Shown: positions 12,881 to 24,989 of the stretch, in pieces | Layout: each line of letters opens with the position of its first letter | Position numbering within the stretch: the stretch's first letter is position 1 | NCBI RefSeq assembly: GCF_030144855.1 | Contig: NC_082708.1 | Coordinates: 36,580,001-36,644,000 of the forward strand | Length of the DNA stretch: 64,000 nucleotides | DNA from: Hypanus sabinus | Lineage: Eukaryota | Direction: 5' to 3' | Notes under the pieces: model-generated | The model's database searches: none | What the model was told of the DNA's origin: nothing | The model's input: the letters and a program-made list of their open reading frames with translations, nothing else | Position numbers and translations under genes: made by a program

Positions 12881-13544
12881 GTTCAGACCTAGGAACCTGA
12901 AGCTTTCAACCCTCTCAGCTTCAACACTATTGATGTAAACTGGAATATGTGTACTGGCCCCCTTCCTGATCTCAACCAGCTCGTTTGTTTTACCGACCTT
13001 AAGGGAAAGGTTGTTGTCATGACACCATGTTACGAAGCTCTCTATCTCCTTCCTGTACTCTGACTCATCATTATTTCAGATAAGGCCCATTGTGGTGGTA
13101 TCATTTATACATTTGTAGATGGAATTGGAGAGAATCTGGCCATGCAGTCACATGAGTCCATGGAGTACAGTCGGAAGCTGAGGGTGCAACCTTGTGGAGC
13201 AACAGTATTTAGAATAATCATGCTGGAGGTATTGCTGTGTATGCATATGGATTGCGGTCTGTTTTTCAGGAAGTCAGGGACCCAGATGCAGAGGAGGTAT
13301 TGACTCCCAAGGTCCAGATATCATAATATCTCCACATGTTAATACATTCTTAATTCTACAAGATAATGAAGTTGTTTTCCAAGTATGAGCTGAACATACA
13401 AAGAACAAGCTAGAGACATCATCTTTCTTAGCACTTCAGCTTAAGCAAGACCTTGGAAAACTTGTACATTGAAACTCCCTAATTACAAGAGGAAGGTAAC
13501 AATAATGAAAGTATCAGAAAAGTTGGAAGAATGTTTGCAAATGT

Positions 13545-13980
13545 AAGAATTTGGAACAGGATTTACAGTGGAATAAGCCATCTGGCTTTTAAGCCTATTC
13601 CACCATTCATCAGGACAGTGAATTATCTTCTTTTGTTTTCCTTCCAATTTTCCAGCATTATCTCTTTATCCCTTAAGTTCTGTAAGGTCCAGATAGCCAG
13701 TGTTCATGTTTAGAATGAATTCAACGACTGAGCTTCCACAGGTCTCTGAGGTATACCAAAGATTTACCACTCTCTGAATGAAAGATCTTCTCTTCATCCC
13801 AGTCGCAAATGGCTTAATCCTTACTTTGAGATCAGGACCACTGGTTCGAGACTACTCTATCAGTCCAAATTCCACTGAACCTTTCATTCTTCTCACCTTT
13901 AGAGAACACAGATCTCTCCTCAACTGCCATCTCAGGAAATGTCTCTCTGTGGAAAGTACATACTTTTTTAGATAAGGATA
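13545..13980 (-). mobile_element. Degenerate CR1 3' fragment
   Basis: Matches the CR1 3' end pattern (cctattccaccattcatc; tttaccactctctgaatgaaag). Confidence 0.55.
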
Positions 13981-14984
13981 CAAAAATCTTCCTTATCTAA
14001 TATCTAGGGAATATACACTTTAGGGGTTACTTCATTTAGCAATATTACTGTTAAGATATGCTGCCTGATGGGATGATCAGAACCAAGTTGAAAGTAATAT
14101 TTTCATGGAAGAGACAGATCTAGAGGCTTGTTTTGTGAATGGCTGGGTGCAAGGAATGTGGTGCTGTGTTTTGTAATGTTGCTTGCTTTCTTACAGTGGT
14201 GCAACTAAAAGGGATGTGGCAATTAGTTTGATGGGAGTGTGAGTAGCGGAGGTCATGACATACCACACTGGAATATCAATATGTGGCACTGCAAGACTGA
14301 TCTTGTCACATGACTGAGTTGTCAACCTCTGTTGCTTTGAGCAAAGAAATTTGATAGATGAGGCATTTCTCTGGGAAGGATAAAGGCTAAATCTTGTGTC
14401 TATAATGGACTGCTATTCTTGTAAACTCTTGGAATTTTAAAAGGATATCATCTGTTAAGTTATTTGAATATAAGACAACATTCTTCTGTATTCAGCAGGT
14501 ACTGGATTATATTAAGTCAGATAGTCTTAGTGCTTTATCAAAGTGTTTCATTGTTAAATATAAATTTTAAATATAATTCAAGTCAGGACAGCTGACTTTA
14601 ATTCAAGATGTGATCTGGATGGGTAGGGTGAGAAACACACTGTCTAGTTGTGGTTCCGTCCCTGATTTAAATGATGCTAACCCAGCTCCTTCAGCAATGG
14701 AGAGTCAGTAATAGCAGTTGCCTTACAGGGGAAGTCTTGAGAGAATTACACAGCAGAGAAAAATGGTGGCAGCCACATTCCATTCATGCCCCCACATTTT
14801 TTTTCTCTTCACATCCCTCACACCAACTCCCAATCAGCTTCTGTAAGTCATTTCTCAACCCATGACACATGCAAAAGAGCATAATTAGGTCTTCAAGAGA
14901 CCTAAGAGACTACAGATGCTGAAATCTAGAGAAGCATACAAATGAACTCAATGTGTCAAGCAGCATTGATGAAAGGAAAGATCA

Positions 14985-15570
14985 GAGTTCAAAGTAAATT
15001 TATTATCGAAGTACATATATGTCACTATATATCCACCATGAGATTCATTTTCTTGAAGGCATATTCCATAAATCTGTAGAATAATAACCACAACAGAATC
15101 AACGAAAGACTGCACCAACTTGAGTGCTCAACCAGTGTGCAAAAGACAACAAATTGAAAATACAAAAAGAAAGAAATAATAATAAAAAATAAATAAGGAA
15201 TAAATTTTGAGACCCTGAAATGAAGAGTCTTTGAAAATGAGTCCATTGGTTGTGGGAACATTATAATGATGGGGCAAGTGAAGTTGAATGAAGTTATCCC
15301 CTTTGGTTCAAGAGCCTGATGGTTGAGAGGTGGTAACTGTCTTTGAACCTTGTAGTCTGAGTCCTGAGGCTCTTGTACCTTCTTCCTGATGGCAGCAGCG
15401 AGAAGAGAGCATATCCTGGGTGATGGGGGTCCCTGATGATGGATACTGCTTTCTTGTGACAGCATTTCATGTACAGGTGGTCAATGGTGGGGAGGGCTTT
15501 ATCCGTATCCACTACTTTTTGCAGCATTTTCCATTCAAGGGCATTGGTGTTTCCATACCAGGCTGCAATG
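14985..15570 (-). mobile_element. Rex1/Babar-type LINE 3' end
   Basis: LQKVVDT.KALPTIDHLY...IIRDPHHPGYALFSLLPSGRRYKSL; tail gataataaatttactttgaac. Confidence 0.85.
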
Positions 15571-15987
15571 CCTTCTTCTTCTGGACTTTTCTTCTGGAAG
15601 CAGCAATGTGGTAATGCATCAGTCCAGATGCATCATTTCCCTACACAGATGCTATCTTTTGAGTTTGTTCAGAATTTTTGTGTTGCTAAGTAGATCTTAG
15701 TAGCCCATTAACTACCACTTTAGTTCACATTATCTCAATATACTTATTGGAGAAATTCCTTTTGTTCCACTCATCACCACCCTCCTCCACCACCTTCTCT
15801 GTTATCTACACTGACTTGTTGCTCTCCCAGTTCTGAAGAAGGGTCCTGGACTGGAAATGTAAACTGTTTCTCTTTTCTCAAGTAATATATGATCTGTTAA
15901 GCGTTCCCAGCATATTCTGCTTTTATGTCAGATTTCTAGCATCTGCATTTTTCTTTTGATTTATTTACATGTTGCTTCTGCTATTAG

Positions 15988-16211
15988 GCTGATACTACAA
16001 TTTTGATATTTATGATGTGGGAGACATTAACATAGATAATCCTATAGAATTGAACCATAATCCCAAGGAAGATCTCCATTTGTTTACTGCCTTTTACATC
16101 CATTTTGGGACATCCAGTGATGTTTCTTTGAAATGTGTTCATGGGTGTAATGCAGAAAATGCAATTGATGGTTTTACACAAAAAGAGTCCGCAAGTAGCA
16201 ATGATTATCAA
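15988..16211 (+). other. Exon-like segment (UTR exon or pseudo-exon)
   Basis: Acceptor ttgcttctgctattag|G and donor CAA|GTAAGA. 73 open codons follow an in-frame TGA at 15990; no frame is fully open. Confidence 0.35.
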
Positions 16212-16639
16212 GTAAGAGGGTAATCTGTTTTAGTAATAGTGAACAGGATGTTAGTCAGAATATCCAAAATAATTCCCCTACTTTTCTTCTGATTAGTGAT
16301 GGCCAATCTCTAACACCATTGGTGCACGTGTTTTTTCTGTTGGCCAAATCTAGTCCATGAATTTCTATCTTTTGTTCTTTTTAGGAGCCTCTGACGTGAC
16401 AATGTTGGGTTGGGTACTGATCAGCTCAGCTTCTTTCCATCCAAACTTGAATTCTAACACGCCAGCTTACTACCTGTTGTAGCCTTCTACAACAGAAGCT
16501 TACAACAAAACTTGCAAATCTAGTCGGTTAGGAAACACCACATGATCAGCACTGTGGGAGAATGTAGTCTATTCCAGACCATTCAGTTTTATCACTGATC
16601 TATTATATTTTCCTAGGATAAATATATCTAGTACACGAG

Positions 16640-16920
16640 GGCTTGCATTTAAAGTGAGAGAATAAGTTCAAAGGAGATGTGTGGGACAATGTTTTTACAC
16701 AGTGTAGTGGGTGCATGGAATGCACTGCAAGGGTTGGTAATGGAAGCAAATATGAAAGGCATTTAAGCGGATCTTAGATTTGCACATGAATATGCAGGGA
16801 TAATGACACTGTGCAGGTAAAATTGTTTTGCTTAGATAGGCATTTAGTTAAAAGATTAGTTAGTTGAGCACAGCATTATGGGCTGAAGGGCCTGTTCCTG
16901 TGCTGTGCTGTTCTACTTTG
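16640..16920 (+). mobile_element. CR1 3' end
   Basis: tggaatgcactgc...gggctgaagggcctgttcctgtgctg. Confidence 0.7.
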
Positions 16921-18384
16921 TATTATCTTCCTCATGTCTGCACATGATCTCAAAAGCAGTAGCAATCAGTTAATAGCTTAAATTCCATGTCTAGCAGAGG
17001 TCCAGTACTCTGCACCAGCAAAAAGTCAACATCAGTAGGTTTAGTCTACATGCATCCTGCCAATCCTGTTTCTAGAGCAAATTGGTGGTGGTTTGGGAAA
17101 TTTATATAGTATATTTGTCCAGGTACATAAAGATATATGAATACCATTGGTCTGATTGTTGTAAATTGGCAAGATTAAGAAATCCTGTAAACGCAAAGTG
17201 CACTACAGATGCTGTGGTCAAATCAAGACGTACAAAAAAGCTGGATGAACTCAGCAGTTCGGGCAGCATCCTGTGCTGTACCTTTCTATCCCATATTCTC
17301 ATTACTGGTAAATTATGCTTGGATCAGCTGCAGAGCCATTTGTTTTGCTCTGTGGTTTGGTGTTATGGATCTGGAGGGTCTTTCATTTGTCCTTTGTCTT
17401 ATCAATGTTAATATGTTTTGCAATGATAAAATACTGTAGATGCTAGCTACCTGGCATAAAAACAGGATGTTGGAAATACTCATCACATTAAGCAGCGTGC
17501 ATGGAGACTGGAACAGACTTAATATTTTAGGTTGATGACTTTTGATCAGAATTGATGATAGTTACTGACCTGAGACAACTTTATTCTAATGGTCACTTGA
17601 GCATCTGACCATTAAAAATGCCTTGAGTTTCCAAATTAATGAAATGTCTGAATGTCCAGAATTTCTATGTTGTCCCATATGCTACCACAGACATCACACC
17701 CATTCTAAACCCTCCCCATCACCAAAATCTTGCCTTTCAGATGTGGTGTGTCCAGAGAGGCGACTTAGCAAATTCCAAAAGTAAATGTCCTGTCCTGTTC
17801 TTTGGACTGACATGTTGACTTGTGCTCATTGTGTGTCCTGATGCTTGAGTTTTAGTTAAATTCCAGCCGCAGCCTGAGTCCTCTTTCAACCCAAGCTTGG
17901 AAGACCACAGTCAGAAAGCCTGGAAGATGTTGATAACATGAGTTATATAGAGCTGTACGTGTGTATTGGAAGAGAGTGACGGCAGTGGAAAAAAGATGGA
18001 TGACATGAACTGGATGTTCACCAAACAGAAATTCTGGAACTTTCAGTAGCTTTACTTTCCCATTGGCTGCCCAGCAGAAACAATTTGAAGTAAAACATGT
18101 GTTTGGTCATGGTAGAAGTAGAAATTTTGTATTGCTGTTGAAACCAGTGAGGTATACAACATCAAAGATTGGCATGCTGTTTTGATGTAATCTCCAGTGG
18201 CCGTTGGGGCCTTGGCACCAAAGATTACATCAAATGTAAATCAATAACTCATTTTCCATGCATTTTAAATAAGGAAATATTACTATTATTTGGTTGCAAT
18301 ATCAATAATACTAGATTATCTAATATTCTATTAGTCTGTCTCAAAAAGTGGGTGAATTGTCAGATTGTGAGTAGTAGAGTCTAA

Positions 18385-18950
18385 GGAAGCTATTGGGATT
18401 GTCAGTCAGGCTGAGCAGTACATATGGGAGAAACAGGTGAGGCCTGGACTGAAAAACAGTGTAGTGCTACAGTACTTAACATTTGCAATTTCAGGTAGCC
18501 CATGCTCCCTGTGCTCCTTCCCTTTATTTTTAAGTTATCCTCTTCCTCTCCGCCCAAATCACCCAATGTGATTGCTCTGCCCACATGGTTCCATCTGCCT
18601 ATCACACACACATTACATGTACTGTTTCTACTATGGCTTTCTCCAATTGGTTTCATTTGCACCTTATCCCTCCCTTACCTGGTTTTACTTATTACATCCC
18701 TTGCTTATTAGATTTCAGTATCTGTACCTTTTGAACTTCCACATCACCTCTATCACCACCGGCCCTTCCCCCACCTGGCTTCCTTTGGCCATGATCTCCC
18801 TCCTCACTCCATTCTACCTATTGCCTGCCTGTCCCTGCCTCATTCCTTCTTCTCACCTCCTTGTCTGAGCAACCTCCCCTCTACACTGTCAGTCCTGATA
18901 CTGGAAGTGAGCCTGACAACAACAGATTTCCTGTCAGCTTTGCCTGCTCT
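18385..18950 (+). mobile_element. Degenerate Penelope-like 3' fragment
   Basis: YMGET-like GIY-YIG remnant, pyrimidine-rich pLTR-like tract and cagtcctga hammerhead remnant. Confidence 0.45.
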
Positions 18951-19740
18951 CTGATGCTAGACTCCATAAAGTAGCCTTAACAATGGCAGCCAAATTTTGT
19001 CTCATCTAGATGTTTTATTGTCTGAAAGATCCAGTGAAACTTGACCAAAGTAGACATGTATAGGACTAGTGTGGGATATTGCAGCACATGACAGTACGGG
19101 TGTAACCTACACCACTTAAATGTTCTGACAGCAGAGCACAAGTAAACATCCCAAAAGCTATTGATTGACTCACCTTTGTGAGCAAGGATAATTAACTAAG
19201 GAATGAAAAGCATGAGCAGAATTTTCAATCACTTTGATGAAACGGCTTCACCTCAAATAAGCTGCACAAATAGATCAACAAATTTGACAGAACAAAATCT
19301 TCAGTTGCAAAGGGAGCTTTTTGGTACAATGAATCAGAGTCTACTCACACAGAAGTTTTTGAGTTTTATTGATCTTCCATGTAGCCTTGAAAACGCAACA
19401 GAGTTGCATGTCTTCAGCTGCCCTTGCCGCTGGAAGTTGATCCGCTCCTTGAATGAGATACTAAATGCTTAAAATAAGCTTGTGTCCTTGATGGGCTGGC
19501 TATAGACTGTAAGGTCACAGGCTGTGTACTTGAAGTCTTGATGAACATGCTTGATTATGCTACTGAGGTCAGTGTCTGTGAGCCAGTGACTATAGGACAG
19601 ACCTTAACATCCTGAAGGAATCTCAGCTCTCACATTTCCAACAGGATCCTCATAGTACAGGGTAAACTAATGTTGCCTAGAACGCACCATTGAAAAAATA
19701 GTCACTAGACACCATTAATCCAACAAATAGATGTTAGGGC

Positions 19741-21230
19741 AAACACGAGGAAATCTGCAGATGCTGGAAATTCAAACAACAACACACACAAAATGCTGGT
19801 AGAACACAGCAGGCCAGGCAGCATCTATAGGGAGAAGCGCTGTCGACGTTTCGGGCCGAGACCCTTCGTCAGGACTAACTGAAAGAAAAGATAGTAAGAG
19901 ATTTGAAAGTAGTGGGGGGAGGGGGAAATGTGAAATGATAGGAGAAGACCGGAGGGGGTGGGATGAAGCTAAGAGCTGGAAAGGTGATTGGCGAAAGTGA
20001 TACAGAGCTGGAGAAGGGAAAGGATCATGGGACAGGAGGCCTCAGGAGAAAGAAAGGGGGGGGGGGAAGGGGGAGCACCAGAGGGAGATGGAGAACAGGC
20101 AAACAACTAAATATGTCAGGGATGGGGTAAGAAGGGGAGAAGGAGCATTAACAGAAGTTAGAGTAGTCAATGTTCATGCCATCAGGTTGGAGGCTACCCA
20201 GCCAGTATATAAGGTGTTGTTCCTCCAACCTCTTCATTTTTTTTTTGGATTCCAGACCTAACCAATTCCCCTCTACCACCACTCTCCTCCGTCTAGCAGA
20301 ATTAGTTCTTACTCTCAATAATTTCTCCTTTGGCTCCTCCCACTTCCTCCAAACCAAAGGTGTAGCCATGGGCACCCGTATGGGTCCCAGTTATGCCTGG
20401 CTTTTTGTTGGCTTTGTGGAACAGTCCATGTTCCAAGGCTATACCGGTATCCATCCCCCTTTTTTCCTTCGCTACATCGACGACTGCATTGGCACTGCCT
20501 CTTGCACGCATGTTGAGCTCGTCGACTTCATTAACTTTGCCTTCAACTTTCACCCTGCCCTCAAATTTACCTGGTCCATTTCCGACACCTCCCTCCCCTT
20601 TCTTGATCTTTCTGTCTCCATCTCTGGAGACGGCTTATCTACTGATATCTACCTATAAGCCTACAGACTCTCACAGCTACCTGGACTATTCCTCTTCCCA
20701 CCCTGTCTCTTACAAAAAGGCTATCCCCTTCTCACAATTCCTCTGTCTCCGCCGCATCTGCTCTCAGGATGAGGCTTTTCTTTCCAGGACGAAGGAGATG
20801 TCTTCCTTTTTTAAACAAAGGGGCTTCCCTTCGTCCACCATAAACTCTGCTCTCAAACGCATCTCTCCCATTTCCCACACATCTGCCCTCACCCCATCCA
20901 CCCGCCACCCCACTCGGGATAGGGTTCCCCTTGTCCTTACCTACCACCCCACCAGCCTCCAGGTCCAACATATAATTCTCCGTAACTTCCGCCACCTCCA
21001 ACGGGATCCCACTACCAAACACATTTTTCCCTCCCCCCCCCTTTCTGCTTTTTGCAGGGATCGCTCCCTACGCGACTCCCTTGTCCACTCATCCCCCCCC
21101 CAACCCTTCCCACTGATCTCCCTCCTGGCACTTATCCTTGTAAACGGAACAAGTGCTACACCTGCCCTTACACTTCCTCCCTCACCACCATTCAGGGCCC
21201 CAGACAGTCCTTCCAGGTGAGGCGACACTT
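19741..21230 (+). mobile_element. Penelope-like element: inverted 3' segment/pLTR (19741-20232, minus) joined to RT and start of GIY-YIG linker (20247-21230, plus)
   Basis: QTKGVAMGTRMGPSYA, RYIDDC, LPFLD, YKPTDSHSYL and CKRNKCYTCPY on plus; RLEEQHLIYWLGSLQPDGMNID on minus. Confidence 0.93.
19842..19876 (-). ncRNA. Minimal hammerhead ribozyme in the Penelope pLTR
   Basis: The minus strand reads AGTC-CTGACGA-A-GGGTC-TC-GGCCC-GAAAC-GTC-GAC: CUGAnGA and GAAA boxes around stem II, with a palindromic stem III. Confidence 0.8.
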
Positions 21231-22647
21231 AATTTGATTTACTTGTTTATTTATTATTATGTTTTATTTTATTTTCTGCTAGGTTATGTATTGCATTGAA
21301 CTGCTACTAAGTTAACGAATTTCACATCACATGCCAGTGATAATAAACCTGATTCTGATTCTGCCTTTTAAATGGCTCCCTATTTTGAAGTCCTTCCAAC
21401 TATTTCAATTAAACCAATGGTCCCCAAAGTGGGCGATATTTCCTCTCTGGGTGCTGTGGGAAATTCTAAGGAGGTGATAAAGATATAGTGGGTGGTGCGG
21501 GCTGCTCAGAAACATGGAGGGTTGCTGAGGGATTACAGGCATAATTTCAGAAATGAATTTCTTATTATAAGCATTTGATCGATCATCAGTGCTTCAGAAT
21601 TGATATACAATGATCACATAATCATCTCATCTCTTGTTAACCAACCATTAGCTTAGACTTTGTGAATGTTGCACTTTATAGGTTAGGCTTTGCACATTAT
21701 ATTTGTTGAAGAGCAATGTGGCACTTCTGTGTTTAGCAAATAATGCAAAATCTGGACTGAAGAAATCTTTTATTTTCTGAGCTCAACCTGTGCATCGTTG
21801 CCATTCAGTACTGTAGTACAGTGTTAGCTAGTATGATTCCCGTACTCTAATTACGCAGTGACACAGTTCCTGTGAATTAGGGTATGGTTTTCACTGGGGT
21901 AAATTTCAGTCTGCCCTTTTAAATGGTTTTGACCACATCTTTCTAGCCCACAACCCATCTAAGATACCAATACCTCTCTTTATGCACCTTCAGACCAAAA
22001 GACTGGTTTTGCCAGAGCAGTGATGGTGTCATAACTTTCCCCTTTATTGATCTCAGTGCTTGAGGTTGGGCTTAAGCAATAGGTGCAAACGAAAATGTCA
22101 GAAGCAGACCAAATGAGAAAGGAGTGTAGACATTACAGTGTGGAATATCCAAACTAGGGATTTATACCAGCAACAAGCAACCAACAGCAGCCAATGTGTA
22201 GTGTGAAATATTTTTAAATGAGGCGATTGTTGTTTTGTTTGGCAGGTGTCTTTCACTTCACACTTCTAATTGTTTTTTGTCAAGCCATTCCTCCAGCTCA
22301 TGGCTGTGTTGATGGACCGTGGCAAAGATTATTTTGAGAGCTTTTTATATTGAGAATAAGGACCAGTTTGAATGTTTTCTGTTGCACACAGAAGTCAGAA
22401 AGCCCTCAAATGGAAACTGCCTGGGACACTTTCTTGCACTATTTGAACCTGTGATAAAATTTTGTGAAGACGAATGCTTCACTCAGTAATCAAGTCAAAA
22501 ATATTAGGTATGATATTTGTCTTTATCACAAAAATATTAGGCTTATTTGTCAGAATTATTCTCAATGTTTAATGAAATCAATCTCCAATTACAAGGAAAT
22601 TATATGAATCTTATCAAAGTCAAATCAGAGTTCTCTCCACATTTCTG

Positions 22648-22920
22648 TAGTGTGGTTAGCACAACACTTTATAGCACAGGCAACTCAGGTTCAATTCCTG
22701 CTGCTGCCTGTAAGGAGTTTGTATGTTCTCCCCATGACCACATGGGTTTCCTCTGAGTGCTCCGGTTTCCTCCCACTGATCCAAACTGTACTGATTGGTA
22801 GGTTAATTGGTCGTTGTAAATTGTCTCATGATTAGGCTAGGGTAAAATTGGGGGTTTGCTAGGTGGTGTGGTGTGACAGGCTGGAAGGGCCTATTCTGCG
22901 CTATATCTCAATAAAATAAA
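22648..22920 (+). mobile_element. tRNA-derived SINE
   Basis: A-box/B-box-like tagtgtggttagc...ggttcaattcc, V-SINE-like core gtgctccggtttcctcccac, CR1-like tail and A-rich end. Confidence 0.75.
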
Positions 22921-22939
22921 AACCCTATTTAACCCTAAA

Positions 22940-23840
22940 GATTAATTTGCAGGTTGAATTGGTGGTAAGGAAGGCAAATGTAATGTTAACATTCATTTCG
23001 AGAGCACTAGTATATAAAAGCAAGGATGTAATGATGTAATTCTAATTTAGAAAAAATTAGAAGTGGTGTATTTGACACTTCTATTAAATTTGAAAAGATA
23101 TGGAGACCATTTATTCAATATTTTCATATGATGTAATAGGACCCTGTTCCAGGCCTATATGATTTTCCAGTTTTGATTTCATATATGTCAAGAGGATCGA
23201 TGTTGACGACACTGATGATTTTGTATTTTTGTGAGCTATTATAAACAGCCCCTTTTTTCTCTTTTTTAAATTTTTTTTCTCTTTTTTGTTTTTTTTCTTC
23301 TATTAGTTATTAGATTTTTAGATTAGTTTTTTTGCATAATGATTTTTTTTCTTTTTTCCTTTTTCTTTTTTCTTTTTATTCTATATTATGATACACCTAG
23401 GTTTGCCTTGTCTATTTGTATATCATATCATTTATGATGTGGGAATACTCATTTATACTGTAATCATTGTTCTTGTAATCTTTTGTAGTTAGTTGAAATA
23501 TGTACATTTGTAATCCCATTATCTATGTACCAATTTTATTTTGTTATTAATAATGATAATAAAAAGCGGGAAAAAGGATGTAATGTTGAGGCTTTGTAAG
23601 GCACTGGTGAGGCCTCACTTGGAGTATTGTGAGCAGGTTTGGGCCCTAATCTAAGAAAGGATGTGCTGACATTGAAGAGGTTGATAGGTTCTTGATTAGT
23701 CAGAGCATAAAGGGTTATGGGGGGAAAAGCAGGAGATTGGAGCTGAGAGACAAACAGATTGGCCATGATGAAATGGTGGAGCAGACTCGATGGGCCAAAT
23801 AGCCTAATTCTGCTCCAATATCTTATGGTCTTATGGTTTA
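22940..23840 (+). mobile_element. CR1 fragment split by an L1 insertion
   Basis: VVRKANVML.FISR.L.YKSKDVM / [11 protein letters not shown]; 3' tail tcttatggtctt. Confidence 0.75.
23034..23573 (+). mobile_element. L1-clade LINE 3' end with TSD
   Basis: NLEKIRS..FDTSIKFEKIWRPFIQYFHMM* then a T-rich UTR and aataaaaa; TSD AAGGATGTAATG at 23022-23033 and 23574-23585. Confidence 0.8.
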
Positions 23841-24429
23841 AAAGCAACATTGGCCATTATGACCTTTCTGAGCTTCCGAGCCTCTGAGTTGGAAGAGAAA
23901 GAAAGAATACCAGATGATGATCTTCAAGTACTCTTTGCCCACCGGGGTGAGCGGCATAAAGACATTTCAACTTCACATTGTTTCAGTGCAGTCACCCAAT
24001 TTCTTTCAAAGCAACAAACCAGACTGCAATTTACTGGGCATGGGGATCTGTGGTTCCTTCTGAGTGACATTCAGCCTGATGTTGAGAAGCTGAATTACTG
24101 CACCAAGCCCATCCTTCTCACTGAAAAGTGAAAAAGCAATGAAGTAGTGAATAGTTGGACTACTGATATACACTCTAAAATTGTTGATAAAAATTGTTTT
24201 TACTGTAATTAAATAAAGAAATTATTTTATTTTTCACTCTAAATAGATTTAAATGATATTTGCAATTATTTGTCACTGCTATGTATGTGCATTTCCTATT
24301 TTCTTCCATTGTGCATTGTAAATCAAAATTTTTTATAGTTTTTATGTAATGGGTGAGAGAGGTACTGGGAATCTGGTCTGGGAGCTAAGGGAATTGTAAA
24401 AGGTTTGCAAACTAAAAGTTTAGTTATTA

Positions 24430-24962
24430 AACTCTAATGACTGGAGTTCATCACTGTGGAACCAAGACAGCAATTTCCCTTCCTCTTCTGCCAAACGTCC
24501 CAACCTTTTTTCTGCCGTGGAGCCTTACCATTAACCGAGTAGTCAATGTACCCCTGGTAGGGAACCCCTGCTCTAATCTGACCACTTACTTGCTCTTATC
24601 TGAGTTGGTGCTGTATGGAGATCAGTACCCCTGCACATTGGGTACTTCTCTTTTGCATCAATCAGTGCTGACATCTACATCCACTCTGTAAAAGATTCCT
24701 TTGGTTTCCACGAGGCATTGGGCTGCAGCTCTCTGCCCTATCTCTCTGTGGAAGATCTCACAAAGGATGCATGTTAAATCTTCCTGCAACAGTGTTCACT
24801 TGGAAATGTTAATACTTCACCAAACATGCCTTGTAACTGCCTGTAGAATGCTGGCTGTGTGTGCAGCCTGCATCTTTATGCAAGTATTGACCTAGAAACT
24901 TGAAGATACTGCTTGTTCATTGTGTTAGGTAAAGGAGGTACCTAATAAAGTAGCCACAATGT
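24430..24962. mobile_element. Non-autonomous Tc1-like relic
   Basis: Terminal gtacctaataaagtagccac motif shared with the element at about 33420. Confidence 0.4.
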
Positions 24963-24989
24963 AGTTAGCTGTGGCAAGGTGGAAGATGA

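Larger units (their letters stand above)
11334..13315 (-). mobile_element. Old Rex1/Babar-type LINE with nested insertions
   Basis: Minus-strand fragments CITTWYGNCSAHD.KKLQ and KDPIHLRYSLF (DUF1891-like C-terminus), interrupted at about 11770-12395 and 12485-12880. Confidence 0.7.
21416..24420 (+). mobile_element. hAT (Charlie/Buster-like) DNA transposon relic with nested insertions
   Basis: caatggtccccaaagt-like terminus; degenerate R.YSVEY..LGFI, LLHTEVR..SNGNCL, LSELFSMFNEINLQLQG and GDL..LLSDIQPDVEKL. Confidence 0.7.

Noticed and set aside
13968-14000. Hairpin ttagataagga...tccttatctaa
   Set aside because: It sits at the truncation point of a CR1 fragment and is probably an insertion-associated fold-back, not a terminator or RNA gene.
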